Assembly: GCF_000150275.1 (NCBI RefSeq)
Contig: NW_002060961.1
Coordinates: 186,001-250,000, forward strand
Origin: Trichoplax adhaerens
Taxonomy: Eukaryota > Animalia > Placozoa
DNA: 64,000 bases
Reading direction: 5' to 3'
Shown here: positions 50,272 to 64,000 of the stretch, piece after piece
Layout of the letters: each line of letters opens with the position of its first letter
Numbering within the stretch: position 1 is the first letter of the stretch
Made by a program: the position numbers and the translations under genes
Notes under the pieces: model-generated
The model's input: the letters and a program-made list of their open reading frames with translations, nothing else
Told to the model about the DNA's origin: nothing
Database searches by the model: none

Positions 50272-52983
50272 TTAACGTATTTTTCCTGGAACATATTTTT
50301 TATCGAGGATAGGATCACATAAGAACATGTGCAAGCACTTTTCATTTTGAGCCAATGGATGTCCAGCGATCCTGTAGGAAAGAAAAAAAAAAAACAGTAA
50401 CATCACTTTGATTTCTTAATAGTTGAAGATTTTCAATAATGCCAAAAGATGTCACTAAGAGTAAAGGACGGGACATTTGTATATGAATAATTTTAAGTTA
50501 GGAAAATCTATAGCCACAAAACGTACTTATTAATGAATCCTTCAAGGCCAGAACGGCGCTCCTCAATGAAACCTTCTTCATATATACCTGTGTATTTCAT
50601 ATGGCATAAGTAAATAAATTGAAATCCCCAAATAGTTTGCAATTAATATTACCATTAAGACGGGTGATAAACTAATAATAATATCAATTTAGTTATTGTA
50701 AAATATATTGCGTCCAATTGATTAGTTAACTATATACCGCGTCAAAACTATCTATGAACTACGTGTTATATTGTATGCATTTGCTAAGTATTTACCATCG
50801 TCAGATCGAAATGGCAATTGCCTTTTCAATGCTTTCCCAGGTAAAGGAGGCACTACAATCTGAAAATTAATTCAAATCCACATTATTATTAGAAGCTATT
50901 AAAATATTTTGAAAATTTCGAACGAAATTACTGACAATACGCGAAATGTAGTATTACTCGTTTATTGTACTGCTTGACTATATAAATAACGAAATTGGCA
51001 GTCACTATCATAACTTGGCCAGTTTATGTCTAGTATTTTCCGTAAATTACTGTCATGGTATTAGCGATCATTATGTGGAATTGTTAGTCGTCCAGCTTTC
51101 CAATACAGTAATTACAATTTAGAGCAAATTGTAATTGATATCCTTTTTATATCTAGCAGAGGCTTTACTATACTGTGACTTATTGTAAAGTTTGCAGAAG
51201 AAACTCTGATACCGTATAAGATGCAATATTAAAGTATAAAGAGGATTATTTTGAATTGTAAGTTAGTTAATACTATGTTGTGTACCTTGCTTGTCCTTTC
51301 TAACTCCGATTTTAGCCATTCGAAGTCGCTATAGCGTCGTCTGACCGATGTTTCGCGCTTTTTAAATATTGGAAGATTGGTCTAATGATGTTAGAAAGAA
51401 AGGATGAAAATAATATTTTAGAAATTGCCAAAGAAAGAAAGATACACTACCACGCGTCTAGCAGAATTCAAGCCGAGTGGTGGAAAAAGGTAAATATGCG
51501 TCATATAGAATTGAATCAACAGATCATCGAACTAGTACTTAACTTAAAAAGACTACTTTACTTTTATATTATCTAGCAATGCACTTCAACGACGACACAA
51601 GTAATAAAACATTGCATTAATTAAAGTATTTCATCTACGTTTTCAAGATAAACAACATCATCATTTCAATTATGTAATTAATTCGTCATCATTATCATTC
51701 TAGACCATGAACTCACTCCAAGTAGAGTTAAGGGGGTAATCTCAATAGGAGCATTAATATTAAATTGGCAATAAAGGCCGCTCAATCACAGCAACAGAGC
51801 ACCCAATTTAGCCAATAGTTAGTAGCTGACTTTCACTTCAATATATCGATTACTCTCAAATGTTCAGCAGAAAGTTGTTGTAACCCGTTGTTGTAATTGG
51901 TCCTCGTTTACTCAGTATACGAGTATATTCGTTATTGTAGCCTGCCTATGGGAAGGCATTTGAACTTGAGATAAACCGAACTAAAATCAATTCAACTGGA
52001 AGGAAAAATTGTATCAAAAGTGTATTCCGGTTTTAATCCACTAGTATCTTTCAAATTAGCCCCGCCTTTACTATAGTGTGGTTATTGAATCGACTACAGT
52101 TTATTTTCAGTTGAACTTGATGTCTATTGGAAACATCTTGAGTGATTGATGGCGAACGAGCACAGTAACGATTGTATCTTGCTGTCCATGACTGTTGACC
52201 TATTTTCAATTTTGTCCCTCTATACTGATATTAAGCGTAAGCGCTTCCAAATTGTAACATAGAATCGGTTCAAGAAATTATCTTGAGAGTGCTCTTATCG
52301 ATCGACATTTCTAAAATAATTGTGGTGTGTCAATTTTAAGCATAACCATGTACCAAAACTAATTGAAAAACAGCCAATTCTAGACAGTTATCCTAGCTTT
52401 CAATGGAATTCATGATTGGCCATGAAAACTGTAGGTAAAGTGGTGGTCTAATTGAAACAAAGTGGAATTCAACCGTCATGACTAACTAACTGTATCGACG
52501 GTGATGATTTTCCATGTGGGTGAAAACTACATGATACTGTAACAGAAAGCGAAGAGAACATTTTTCAGCTTGACTCGTCTACTTTTCTACAGCACAATTT
52601 CATTAAATTGATTCCGTTCTGCAGAGCAAGAAATGCATTAAAATGGCAAACTATCGCGGGATTGAATAAATCCAATTAGTTCTTCCACTTAGTCTATGCA
52701 GAGTCAAGCGAGCGAGCGAGTGAGTGTCGTGTCGATTGACTCTCAGCCATTGACGTATTGATTATCATTCACCCGTCACCCCTCGTCGATCGATCGATCG
52801 TGCACGAACCTTCATCTTGACTTCGTAATCGGTGAAGCGCTTTTTACCCAAGTCATGGGTTTCAGGATTGATGACGTCGATCTCTAGGCAGTTATCGGGC
52901 TCCGCGTAAGCATCTTCTAATGTTTGCTTTGGAGCGTTCAATCGATGAGTTCCAATGTCAGAATGATCTTCAGTGTCGGACAT
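50272..52983 (-). CDS. SNX3: Sorting nexin 3/12 (PX-only)
   Basis: Five exons: ..RLNAPKQTLEDAYAEPDNCLEIDV..RFTDYEVKMK|TNLPIFK..SVRRRYSDFEWLKSELERTSK|IVVPPLPGKALKRQLPFRSDD|GIYEEGFIEERRSGLEGFINK|IAGHPLAQNEKCLHMFL..YVPGKIR*. Confidence 0.96.
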
Positions 52984-54001
52984 GATGGCTAGCAGTGAAG
53001 CAGTTGGGAAAAGACGATCTTGAAGCTTTGATGATGATTATCATTCACTCACTATACGGGCAACCGGTGAGGTAATCAGTCTACTCTACAGTACACTGGT
53101 ACAGTACAATGTCGTTATCATGGCTGGGCACTCGTGGGCAGGGGACAGCACAGAAGTGCATTTGAAACTCACTAGACGTGTCAACTCGACCGCAACGTCA
53201 TCTCACACCCCGAGCATGTTTTGGCGGTGTCATTTTTTGCAGCACAACCAGACCACGGTGTTGAACGCTACAGTATAAAGTACTGGAGACGGAAAATGTC
53301 ATCTGTACACTACTACTGTACTCTACAGTACAGTACAGTAGTACACTCATACCAGCCAGCGGTGACGTGCCTACAGTACAACCAGGTACTGTACTTAGTG
53401 TACTATACTGTACAGTATGTATTGTACACTGTACGATAGGAGCCAGTTCTACTGTAGGTAGAGTAGAGTGCTATTAGGCAAAATAAATTGTAGTAAAGCT
53501 GCAAAAATTTGCCCAAAATTCTCTACATACAGATAGATGAAGGGACAAATCGATCCACTTTTAAAACTACAATTCTGTAAATATCCTCCTAATTTGAAAT
53601 AACTACCGAAGTACAGTGTACAGTACAGGGTAGTTTTTCCAATGCTTTAAAATTGCGAATTCGTGCCGCTTCTCCAGGCTGCGGTGTTGCGCTTAAAATA
53701 TACAATATCGATTAAACCAAGTTGCCTTACGATGTTGCTACGACAGTATCGTCACAATACTTTCTTCCTTTTACCACTGAAATGGATGAATTACAATACG
53801 ATATAGTAGTAAAGTGCACACGAGTAAATAAAACTCTATACTGACAATTCCATAAGCTACTAAATACTACGGTAGCATGGAGTAATCCATGGTAGTTCAT
53901 GACTGATTAAGTATTGCTATATCATCTCAATATACTCCAGTGAAGAAATGAAATGCTGCCAAAATTGTGATACACTGCAACATAGCCTGTGCATTATAAT
54001 T

Positions 54002-54490
54002 ATTCAACTCCAACGGCATAACTGTCAATTCGTGCAATCCAAATTGAGTTAATATGGTCGTCTTGTATCGACTATCATTCATTGCAAGCGCCACTTTCAT
54101 TGTACCCTCAACGCCCTAAAATTCTGTAATTTCGCCATTACCTTCCATTTGAAGCCTTCTAAAAAAAAGATACAACATTAAATAAGTACCTATTGCTAGG
54201 AGACGAGTTGTCCGATAAAATATTGAATTTTTTTATCATATCTTTTTAAGTAATTCAACTCGAACGGCATAACTGTCAATTCGTGCGATCCAAATTGAGT
54301 TAATATGGCCGTCTTGTATCGACTATCATTCATTGCAAGCGCCACTTTCATTGTACCCTCAACACCCTAAAATTCTGTAATTTCGCCATTACTTTCCATT
54401 TGAAGCCTTCTAAAAAAAACAATATCGAATAAGTACCTATTGCTAGGAGACGAGTTGTCCGATAAACTATTGAATTTTTTTATCATATCT
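54002..54490 (-). mobile_element. Near-identical ~245-bp tandem duplication containing a degenerate Ty3/gypsy RT fragment
   Basis: Copies at 54002-54243 and 54253-54490. The minus strand reads MKVALAMNDSRYKTAILTQFGSHELTVMPFELN, similar to gypsy RT D..KTAF.T..GLYEF.VMPFGL.N. Confidence 0.65.
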
Positions 54491-55908
54491 AAGTAATTTA
54501 ATGACTATCAACTGTATCGTGAGTAGTTTTATATGAGTACAATAGCTACTAGAACTATGACACGGGTATGAATTTATCAAATCAGAGCGATGAACTTTTT
54601 GACAAAGAATGACTAGGTGTAGTGTAAACATTGCATGCTATACGAGGCATACAGTATACGTATAACAAAATGGAAGATATGTCAATATTTCAAGAAATTC
54701 TGAAAACTTGCAGATTACCAACAGTTGATAGTAGAGTCATGGACTACGAAGTATTTAGTACTCCATGGTAGAATATACTGTATACGCGTATTAATATATT
54801 GTGTACTTCTATTGGTTAGAGATGATGAAATAGAATAGGCCTAATGAAGCAAAAACAAATTGAAAATGACATAACAGCGTCACTGAAATTGATAAATCGT
54901 AATTTCATGATAGCGATCTAAAGAATGAAACACATCGAATCTGTAGTATCATTGTAGTAGGACGTTATATTTTTAGATTTACTATAGGTATAAATACAAC
55001 TGTCAATACGTTTGCTAGAGGATCAGCCTAACAATTAATAAATTGTAAGCACAGTAATAGAGAATACCATAATGATGCACTAATTGCATCATTGTCGTAT
55101 ACCGACCTCACGTTATTGATAATAAGTGAAGTTGAGTAGAACTATGTGAATAATGTTATTAATTTGTACGTGTGTTGCGTATACGCTTTACTATGAGAGA
55201 ATGTAATATAGAAATACTCTCTGTAAAAATAACTTGAAGTTGAGAACTGAGCACGATTACAGCACATTGCATTGACATAATGTTTAGATTAATTATTTAT
55301 ATGCATGAATGAATTTTATGATTGTGGTCGTTAATAACAAGAGAAGATTGTCTTGTCGATTTGAGTACAAGATATAACAGAGATGACTATAACTAAGGTA
55401 GAATAGTATATTTAAAGTGGTCCTACCGTATTCAGAAATAATTCAAAATATATTCTTTTATCTATAGAGCTAAAGCGATATTTATTATTTTATACGGACA
55501 TATTTATACATGTCGATGTATCCCAAGAATACATACGAATACATTGTCGTTTTTACCGCATGACGAAAATTATAATTAATTATTGATATCGTATACGGAT
55601 CGCAGCATATACGATAATTATGAGCGCTGTATTGTATTTTCCATAGCAAATAGAATAGGTTTTATCACTGTTCTAATCTCCGAGCGTTACTGAATAAAAA
55701 GATCTATATGGTCGGTAAATGATGCAAAATAGGATACTCTAGTCATTTCATTACTATGGATATACTGCATAATAAATAACCAATACAGTATCCTATTCAT
55801 TTCACTATAATTATTGTTGATCAATTTTACAATATCAATCAAGCGATTTATAAAAATGCTATAGAAAATTGAAAAGCTACAGTAATTTAGTTGTAAATGA
55901 CTGGCAAT

Positions 55909-58900
55909 TCACGATATCCTGGAATTTGATTTTACAACTCCTTTCAGCATTTTATGATTGACCGGCCAAGAAGCATTTAATGATAGATCATCTTCGGGTC
56001 GACTTTCATCTTCACGATCAATTGTAACTTTATGAATTGGCTTCCTCACTCCAATAACCGATAATAATTTCAATTCCATAGGCCCAAGACGCAAGTAATC
56101 CTGAAGGAAAATTGTTTTCCGAATAATAAGTTAACTAGAGTCAATACTTTTACCTCATAGCGAAAACGCTACGTGTATAATGGCAGTACAGAAGGTCCTA
56201 TTTGTTTGCTATGCAATACATATTGCAAATGTTAAATTAATTTTCAATTTATCCCATATCAGCTACACATACTAATGATTCTCAACGATAGGATATACTA
56301 ATACAAGTACATCATGATTTTAGCAAAGCAGAAATTTGAATAAAATCAAGAAACAATGTCGCACACACCTCGAAATCTTCATCTTCCAGATCTAAAAATG
56401 GATCATCGTCATCTTCGCTACTTTCAGTAAAATCAGCTTCAAACTCTGTCGTATCTTGAACTTTATTTTTACTATCGCTTATCCCTAGAGTTTTATCACT
56501 TTGACTTAGAAAATCGGAAACTTTTATAGATCCGCTATCAAATGTTGATAATTGCTGATAATCAAAGGAATTATGCAAAATTTCCTGAGGCTGCGTATAA
56601 TCTCTTTTGGCAATATCAAGTTTATCCAAAGCAACTTCAAGTTTATCTGTTATGGAAAGCAATCAATTACAACCGCAGTAAGTACTTGAAGAATTTTAAT
56701 ACTTTTATAAATAACTTAAACATATATGTATTTGAGCTCATTACCTTGATCGCTTAAACCATATGCGTAAGGATCATTCTGAGGATCATCTGTTCGGTCT
56801 TTTTCACCAAAATTGAGATAAAATTTTCTACAAAGCATAGAAAAATAATAGATCTATGGCAAGCTGCTAATCTTAATCAACTACCTGATATGAAATCTAG
56901 GAATATTGGCAAAGTGATGCTGATATACAACGCCTTACTTGGAAATCCTAAGATCAGCTGCCTTGCTATCGAAAAGCGTTCCCATTGCATGTAGATTCTT
57001 GCTTTCTATTTCTTCAACTAGCCTCGTCAATTTTTCATGTTCTTCTTGATACAATGCAATCTACCAAAAGATAAATATTGAATACATTCAAATTATATCC
57101 ATTTACGAAGGAAAATGTGATATTTCGGTTTATTTTTAATTTTATTTACAGTAACTAATTTAGCAAGGATTAAAACTACTTAGCAAGCAAATACTGATAC
57201 ATATTTTGTGTTTGAATGCTAACCAAACACGGTAGGAATGAAAGTTGATGTCAAGGGAAAGATCGTTCATAAGTTATAAATCTCATTATTAATTGAATAA
57301 AGTAATTTTATGTAGCTTTTTAGGAGATTTTACCTCTTTCTTCATCCATTGATTATCTTTTATTTCCACATGATTTGTTTTATCCATATTTTGAAGTGCA
57401 ACCTTTTCAAAACACGAGTAAAATTAATATCAAGATTCACATCTACTGGCAAGTAGTGCCCAATAAGACTTCTTTCGCTACCTCAGTTGCAATATCCTTC
57501 TGTTTGTTAAGCTGGAGTTCTGTTGATCGTTGTAATTCGTTCTTTTCAGATTCTACAGCCTTTCTTGCATGATCTATATTTGTTGTAATGTATGAATAAA
57601 TATTTATTTGTAACTAATAATCACCAAAACCGTTTTTGACTTTGTTCAAAGTAAGATAATCCTAAATCTAATCCTTATCCAACCTACCTGCCATTTCTTC
57701 GAATTTCATGTCAATATCCTTTAGTTCCTGAACTAAAATTTCTATCTGCTTTTTATGTTCAAACTGGCCATATTCCTAAAATTAGCAGAAATAAATCGGA
57801 GAACATAAGTATTTACGAATAAGCACAATCTAGATCTGGATGCAATCAGATATGTCATTATTCCACTGAGTTTAAACTGACCCGATAATCTACTAACTGA
57901 TCAACTTCAGCTTGTGTCAACTGAATAATTGCATCCCGTCTTCTAATTTCCTCAATCATTTCTAAGAAAAATATCACAGTTTTAAAAGCTATTTTGCTAA
58001 TACATCAGATCTGGTAATAATGTTGTGTCTAAGTTGTTGTTATATTAGCTTCTAAAGAATAAGAGAATACCCTCAATATCTCGCTCTTCTTGCCGAGCTG
58101 TGGCTAATTTATCTTGAAATGCTTTTTCTACCACCTCATACCCTACTTCCTCAACTTTTTGTAAGTTCAGATCTCGTTCTTTCGACTGCTTTAAAAGCTG
58201 CTTCATATGGTGTAGTTGTTCTATTTTTAATTTTTTATTCTAATAGCAATAATTATAATTTACTGTTAAGGAAAAATATTGTGCTGGCTCACACATAAGG
58301 TTTCGTATCAACGTGAGAGTAAATATTTAATCAATTAATGAAGTAGCAATATTGCTTTATCTCATTAATAAAAATATAGGAGCTAATAAATTCTAAGAGA
58401 CTGACCCTATCTTTCAATATTTTACTTTTTTCTTGATAATCTCGAAGAGTTCCTTGTGTTTCTTCTATTAACTTCTCTTTACCAGCAATTCTACATTATA
58501 TATTATAAAAAACTTACAATCAACCAATAAGAATATTTTTCTAATTAAGCTTAGGTGCTCTTATTTGCATGGTTGAGGTCATTATTACATCAATCATCAA
58601 ACATCAAACATTTCTCCATAAGTATAAATTTAAATGATGTACCGTACGCTAGCAGTGAATCAAGCTTAAAATTCAATAACAGTGCTATATTATGAAATAT
58701 TTATTTCACTGTTCCATTCTAAGGATATTCCAGTATGGCTATGCTAGATAATGGTTATTTTATACTTAAACAGCTTCTTCAAATAAGAAAGAGATGATTC
58801 CGAAGATTGCAATTGAGGCATATAAAAATGTTTCCGAGGTGTAACTATGCTTAACTTACACCAAAAGCACCATACTTACTGTATTTCAATCATAGTCTCT

Positions 58901-58989
58901 CTCATCTGAATTAGTTCATTCACTTTGTGGTTTTTGCGCTTTTTCTTAGTCTTTTTCTTTTTACCGTCATTTTTATCATTTTTCCCCAT
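55909..58989 (-). CDS. CCDC83: Coiled-coil domain-containing protein 83
   Basis: Spliced MGKNDKNDGKKKK..NKKLKIEQLHHMKQLLKQ..VVEKAFQDK..LQLNKQKDIATE..EIKDNQWMKKE|IALYQEE..ESKNL..LFDSKAADLRIS|KFYL..LGPMELKLLSVIGVRKPIH. The motif order matches CCDC83. Confidence 0.85.
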
Positions 58990-60422
58990 AGTTAATAGCT
59001 TCCTAAGAAGAAAAGTCAATCACTTTCTTGTAGTCATCATACAGTTTCTACAATCGTAAAGACAGTTATCCGTTTTTAATGTGAAAGATGGTCAATTGGA
59101 TCTATAACCCAAAGCTAGAAAGTAAACTTGACCCTGTGTACCGAATATTGCGCTTACTAAAAGTACGAATAGTATTATTCTTTTGACAATTAATTGAATA
59201 CGTTTTATCTGGTATAACGTAGATAAAGTTAAATTAAGCTGAATAGGCATAATGAGAATTATAGTATTGGACTTACCTCCACTGTATTTATTTTGATCTT
59301 TGTAATTATAATTAGTCGAAATCTATCTGCAATAAGCTACCTTCCTACCCCTTCACTTGCCTGATATGAAATAGAAATATGTTATTTACTGTAGCAAGAT
59401 ATTACATTATACTGATATCCATTTCCATATCTAAAAATGATTCCTGAAAAATTTTGGAGTACTGTATAAAAGTGTCCTTTTGCTAGGCGATTTCACATGC
59501 CAATGGCGTATAAACAAATTCTGACTATGCTACTTTAAGCTGATTTACTAGAATTTTATATATTTCATACAGTACATACCCAATTTGCCGATACGTTTAT
59601 TTCCTTCAGTTGATAATACAGTATTGTTATTGCTGTGTAAGTGCAGATTGCAAGCTAGTCTTCACGTACGAGAATACTCATGAATACCACCAGTACTGTA
59701 TATGGAAGAACTAAAGTTAGAAGCTAACACTATCTAAAGAGAATTGTGCACCTTCACTATTTTAAGAAATTTCCGCAGTAACTTCATTAATTAATCAAGG
59801 TTAAATCACTTCCTCCATACATGTATTTACTGCATCAATACGCGTATATCCTAAGGTGAACCTCGATAGAGTCAGGGATGAAATATTGTTATGTACGCCG
59901 ATTTATTTTCATATTATTATTTATTAATAAATACATGATATAGGTATACTGTAGTAAACGAATATTTTCTCTGCTTACAGTAATCACCCTGCTTCAAGTA
60001 CTGCTGTGTAGTATAAGATGTCCAGTATAATTGCAGTGGCACTTTTGCGAACTCTGTGCAATTTGTAACGGTATCCTAGTAACGGTTCGGATGGGAGGAC
60101 GGCCGTAGCAATGATTTGGTACAATCATGGTCGTGTACAGTGTACAATGTACGGTAGGGTACAGTATAATCCTGCTCTGGTTGTGCATTGTACAGTACTG
60201 TACACTGTCCGCTGTGCTGTCAGGTCAGTAGTGACATTATTTTTGCTAATATTCCTAACTACTATTCAGACTACACTCTGCAATACGGTAGACCATGTTG
60301 GCAAAACTAATGTCACCAAACAGCGAATGATGGACGTTGAACAGTACGGATCGCCTGCAATTTAAATACTGGACCCAGGATCAGCCATGCCAGAATACGC
60401 TTGCGCCGTGGTCTGGATTAAA

Positions 60423-63047
60423 ATGGCGGCAACCAAAGATCTCAAGAACGAGCTTGCGGATCTCATTAAAAAGAAGATAACTTTAACGGTAACCTTTACT
60501 CTATGTTATTTCTTTAAAAATTCTATGCTCTTATCGTCCCTGTATATCGAATCTTTCTCAATATTCAATGATCGATCCAGGATAGCAATAAGTGAACGTT
60601 TTTCACTCAATGTAAAGAGCAATTTCCCCCCCAAAAACAGTCACTACAGTGATGGACAATGCGTTAAGACCAGTACAGTACGGTACGGTACTGGAAACGA
60701 TTGTGGTCCTGCTCGTAGTATCACTAGTATGGTCTACAAGGTACTTACATAAACTCACTCCCTGCTACAGTATGAGGTTGTCCAACAGTAGTCTTCAGTC
60801 CAGGACAATAATCATTACTTCAAGGGACCCAATTCAGTCCTTACTGCAGCATTTCTCTCGTTGAAAGAGAATCTTTCTTACCAATTTTGATCCAATTCGA
60901 TTGATGTACGTTGGTGAGATGGAAATTACAACTAAATTTGTGAATTATAAAGGCAAATCATGGATTATACTGCTGTAATACCCAGTTCTCCTTGAGAAAT
61001 AATGTTATTTTACTGTAGTATACTGCCTTTATTGTCAGTCGAGTAGTGCATCGAAGCAAAGCAATATAACAGGGAATGGAGACGAAGTAGCAGGAATCAA
61101 CCTGAAAAAATGACTTCTATGAATGCTGTAGAGTACAGTGCAATAGACATCAACAACCACATCAATAGAGAATAGGAATAGTCCTTCTCAGGCAGTGATG
61201 AACTTTCAATCTTTACAGCATATCCATTACAGTAGAAAAGGAACTGATTCCAAGTTTTACATCAAAATCTTGACCTAGCCATATTAATAACAGTCTCGTG
61301 CAGAAGAAGTTCTAATCAAGACTATCAAATCATTCAGAATAAAATAAATAAAATGCAGTGCTGTACCACTGCTGGTTGATGTAGCTACAACACAACGCAA
61401 TAGGATTCGACAGTAGTCGACTGCATATATGGAGATTGTGAAGGTCTACGAGCATAGTGTGCTGTAGGCATATTTAGGCTGCTGAGAGTGATTGCGATAG
61501 CTATCAATCTACTGTGAAAGCTCGTTTCCCTTGCAAGTTCAGCTGCAACTAGAAATAGGCTCTATTAGCACAGAAGAGCATAAATCGAGATACAATCACT
61601 TGTTAACGTCAAATTTCAAATTTTGCTCCTATTAGTAGGCATCGAAATTACTTACAAGTCCAATAGGTTTTCAATTCCGTAACCTAAACGTTATGAGCCA
61701 ATTTCTTTGACGTCTTGTAACACCATGACCTTGTCGAGTCCATTACAGCTTGTTATTTTATTGCGGATTTCTAGATATCACACAGTACACTATATACATT
61801 TCTACGTTCACAATTTCAATTGATTTTCAATAACTAGGAGGACTTGAACAATTTAGAGAAGCAAATCTATAATTTTGAAAGCAGCTATTTGGAAGATACA
61901 TACCTCTATGGCAATGTTATTAGAGGATGGGACCGTTTTCTTGCTAATAATAAGTAAGAATAAGAGTGATAAATGATTTTGTTCTACTATTGCTAATCAA
62001 TCTTCTGCAAGACATTGTATGTATAGAAGCAACAGTAAATCCTCTTACCTTTCTGATTGAATATATCCTACTAATAAGTAATTAATTTTGATGGCTTTTA
62101 TTGCCAAACTTACCAAGATGTCTCCCTCAGGCAATCTAGTGTATTGTATAATTAATCACGGTACATCAACAAGGAGCTTCTGTTACTTGCAGATCAATCT
62201 CAAACAAATATTTCTGCAATTCTAGATCCACGAATCAAAAAATCGAAAGACGAAACCGTAAATTTAAAGAAAGTGAAAGACTATTCTCCAAGTCTTCCGT
62301 CACATCAAGACACAATCTGGTAAATGAATATATTTTAGCCACCTCCTAACGTGACAACTTTCAACTTGTCACGAAACTTCATACTGATACATTATGATTT
62401 TATAGATAAACCCACTCACACAAGAGCTCAACAATGAAAATGGTTAGTTATAACATTACTGTAATCTTTAACCTTGATAAACTTCTACATGCTGGCTTTC
62501 CTTGCAAATAGAAAATTTAAAATCTCCTTCCTCATAACATTAGCTGAACCAGTTGTACCTGAAACTGTTAGCCATCAAGTAGAAACTAAAGAACCAGTTC
62601 TACCCGAAGAAGAACGTAAAACAGTTGATAGTAAAGAAAGTAAGTCAATTACAATAAAATTCCAGTGCATTTTCGCTTTAAGCAATGTTTTCACACAGTT
62701 CTTGGTTATTATCGTATTGGTAGATATATCACAGAAGAAAAAGCGAAAAAATCGTCATAACAAGTAAGCGCTATAAATTGACTAGACTTTATGATTCGTT
62801 ATACATGTTGTATTTATGTTATATATATATATATATATCCAATTCAAATTTCACGTTGATTTACATGCTATTATAATCAATGACAATGTATCTTCCTTTG
62901 ATCTTAGATCCGAAGAGAAACTAAAGAAAAAAATTGCGCGCGTTGGAGCACAAAACGACGTCCATCAGGTTATTTCTTCTGTTCTGTATTTCACCATACA
63001 GCGACTGTTACTCATTTTTTTATGTAATGATACTTTAGGAAGATTAG
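60423..63047 (+). CDS. MEAF6: Chromatin modification-related protein MEAF6/Eaf6 (NuA4/MYST subunit)
   Basis: [22 protein letters not shown]|[35 protein letters not shown]..|[27 protein letters not shown], followed by small low-complexity exons to a TAG at ~63047. Confidence 0.95.
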
Positions 63048-63536
63048 TCTGAATTCCTGTTATCGGAGGCGATATTCCACTGGCTAACCATGACATTGCG
63101 TATCTCTCTCTCTCTTCCTGGTGTTAGAATGTCCTGAATGATTAATGCGCTATTACCAATAATTATTGTTATTGATAATATTGAAAATATTTTCAATGCA
63201 AGACGTGAGAATTATGTAAATATTTTATAAAATGATAGACTGAACAGTGCATTATCTTGGAGATCTATTACTAATTGCACAAGATCGTGTATTTGTCTTT
63301 AATGTATACAGATATTTTGTGCGTATTGCACGACAGTGATCTTTGTTAATTAAAACTAGATCGCATTTTTAATGATTTGCTACATCACTTAGTGTATGTA
63401 TTGCACCCATGCAGTTATAAAGTAATAGAAATTGTAGCCCTGACTAGCTTATTTAAATTATTATGGAGCACTCAATGAAATAAATAAAACGGAAATACTG
63501 TATATTGCTGAGTTAACAGATGAAAAGTTTCTGAAG

Positions 63537-63745
63537 TTATTTGTGCTTGGCTATGGAAATTTTGGTGGAATCAACAAAACCCCTTTTCAAAGTAAAATAA
63601 ATCTTCAATCTATATCGGTAATCTTTTAGAGTGCGCGCACTATTCTCAAGTATAAGCTCGGGGCAAAAACTTTGTGCGTTTGCAATCCTTAAAGCGCGGT
63701 TCCAGAAGCAGTTCGGTACGAAACTATGACACATTGGTACAACTG
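63537..63745 (-). CDS. 3'-terminal exon of an unidentified gene continuing past the window
   Basis: ORF ..PMCHSFVPNCFWNRALRIANAQSFCPELILENSARTLKDYRYRLKIYFTLKRGF..* with coding-like composition, convergent with MEAF6. Confidence 0.5.
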
Positions 63746-64000
63746 AGTTTCAAATCTAATTATCAATCTCACACCTTGTATGTTCATCTATCGTATTAAG
63801 CAACCATATTATATTTTCTTATGGAGATATTACAAGTACGTATTTTAGGCTACCGTAGTACTGAAAGCAAATACTGTATGAGTGCAGGTAAACATTGCGC
63901 TAGCTAATAATTAACTTAAAGCGTACAGACCAATTATGAAAGCTTACATAATATTTCGTAGATGTAATTTTCATTTCATTGATTTCTCAATGAAGAACAA

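Overview
AT-rich, intron-dense eukaryotic (animal) genomic DNA. The short introns, the LRR-GPCR and the (TACAG/CTGTA)n tracts suggest a placozoan such as Trichoplax; this is inference. There are two 50-N assembly gaps. In order, the window contains: a degenerate Helitron remnant (~1.5-2.6 kb); a large + strand LRR-GPCR gene with 15 phase-2 LRR exons and an RXFP/GRL101-type 7TM, whose C-tail appears to splice into a TGF-beta-receptor-like pseudokinase domain (the main finding); a - strand gene joining SAMD5-like and SASH1-like parts but without the SH3-SAM core; two tandem TMEM35B/NACHO-family genes; RABL3; a 9-copy palindrome-rich satellite; DNAJC30; a probable spliced non-coding 5'TOP transcript with structured introns; an SCI1-family gene; SNX3/12; a duplicated gypsy RT scrap; CCDC83; MEAF6; and the 3' end of an unidentified gene. 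Exon structures were assembled by eye from GT-AG sites and reading-frame phase. Homologies are recognised from memory of the families, not from database searches.
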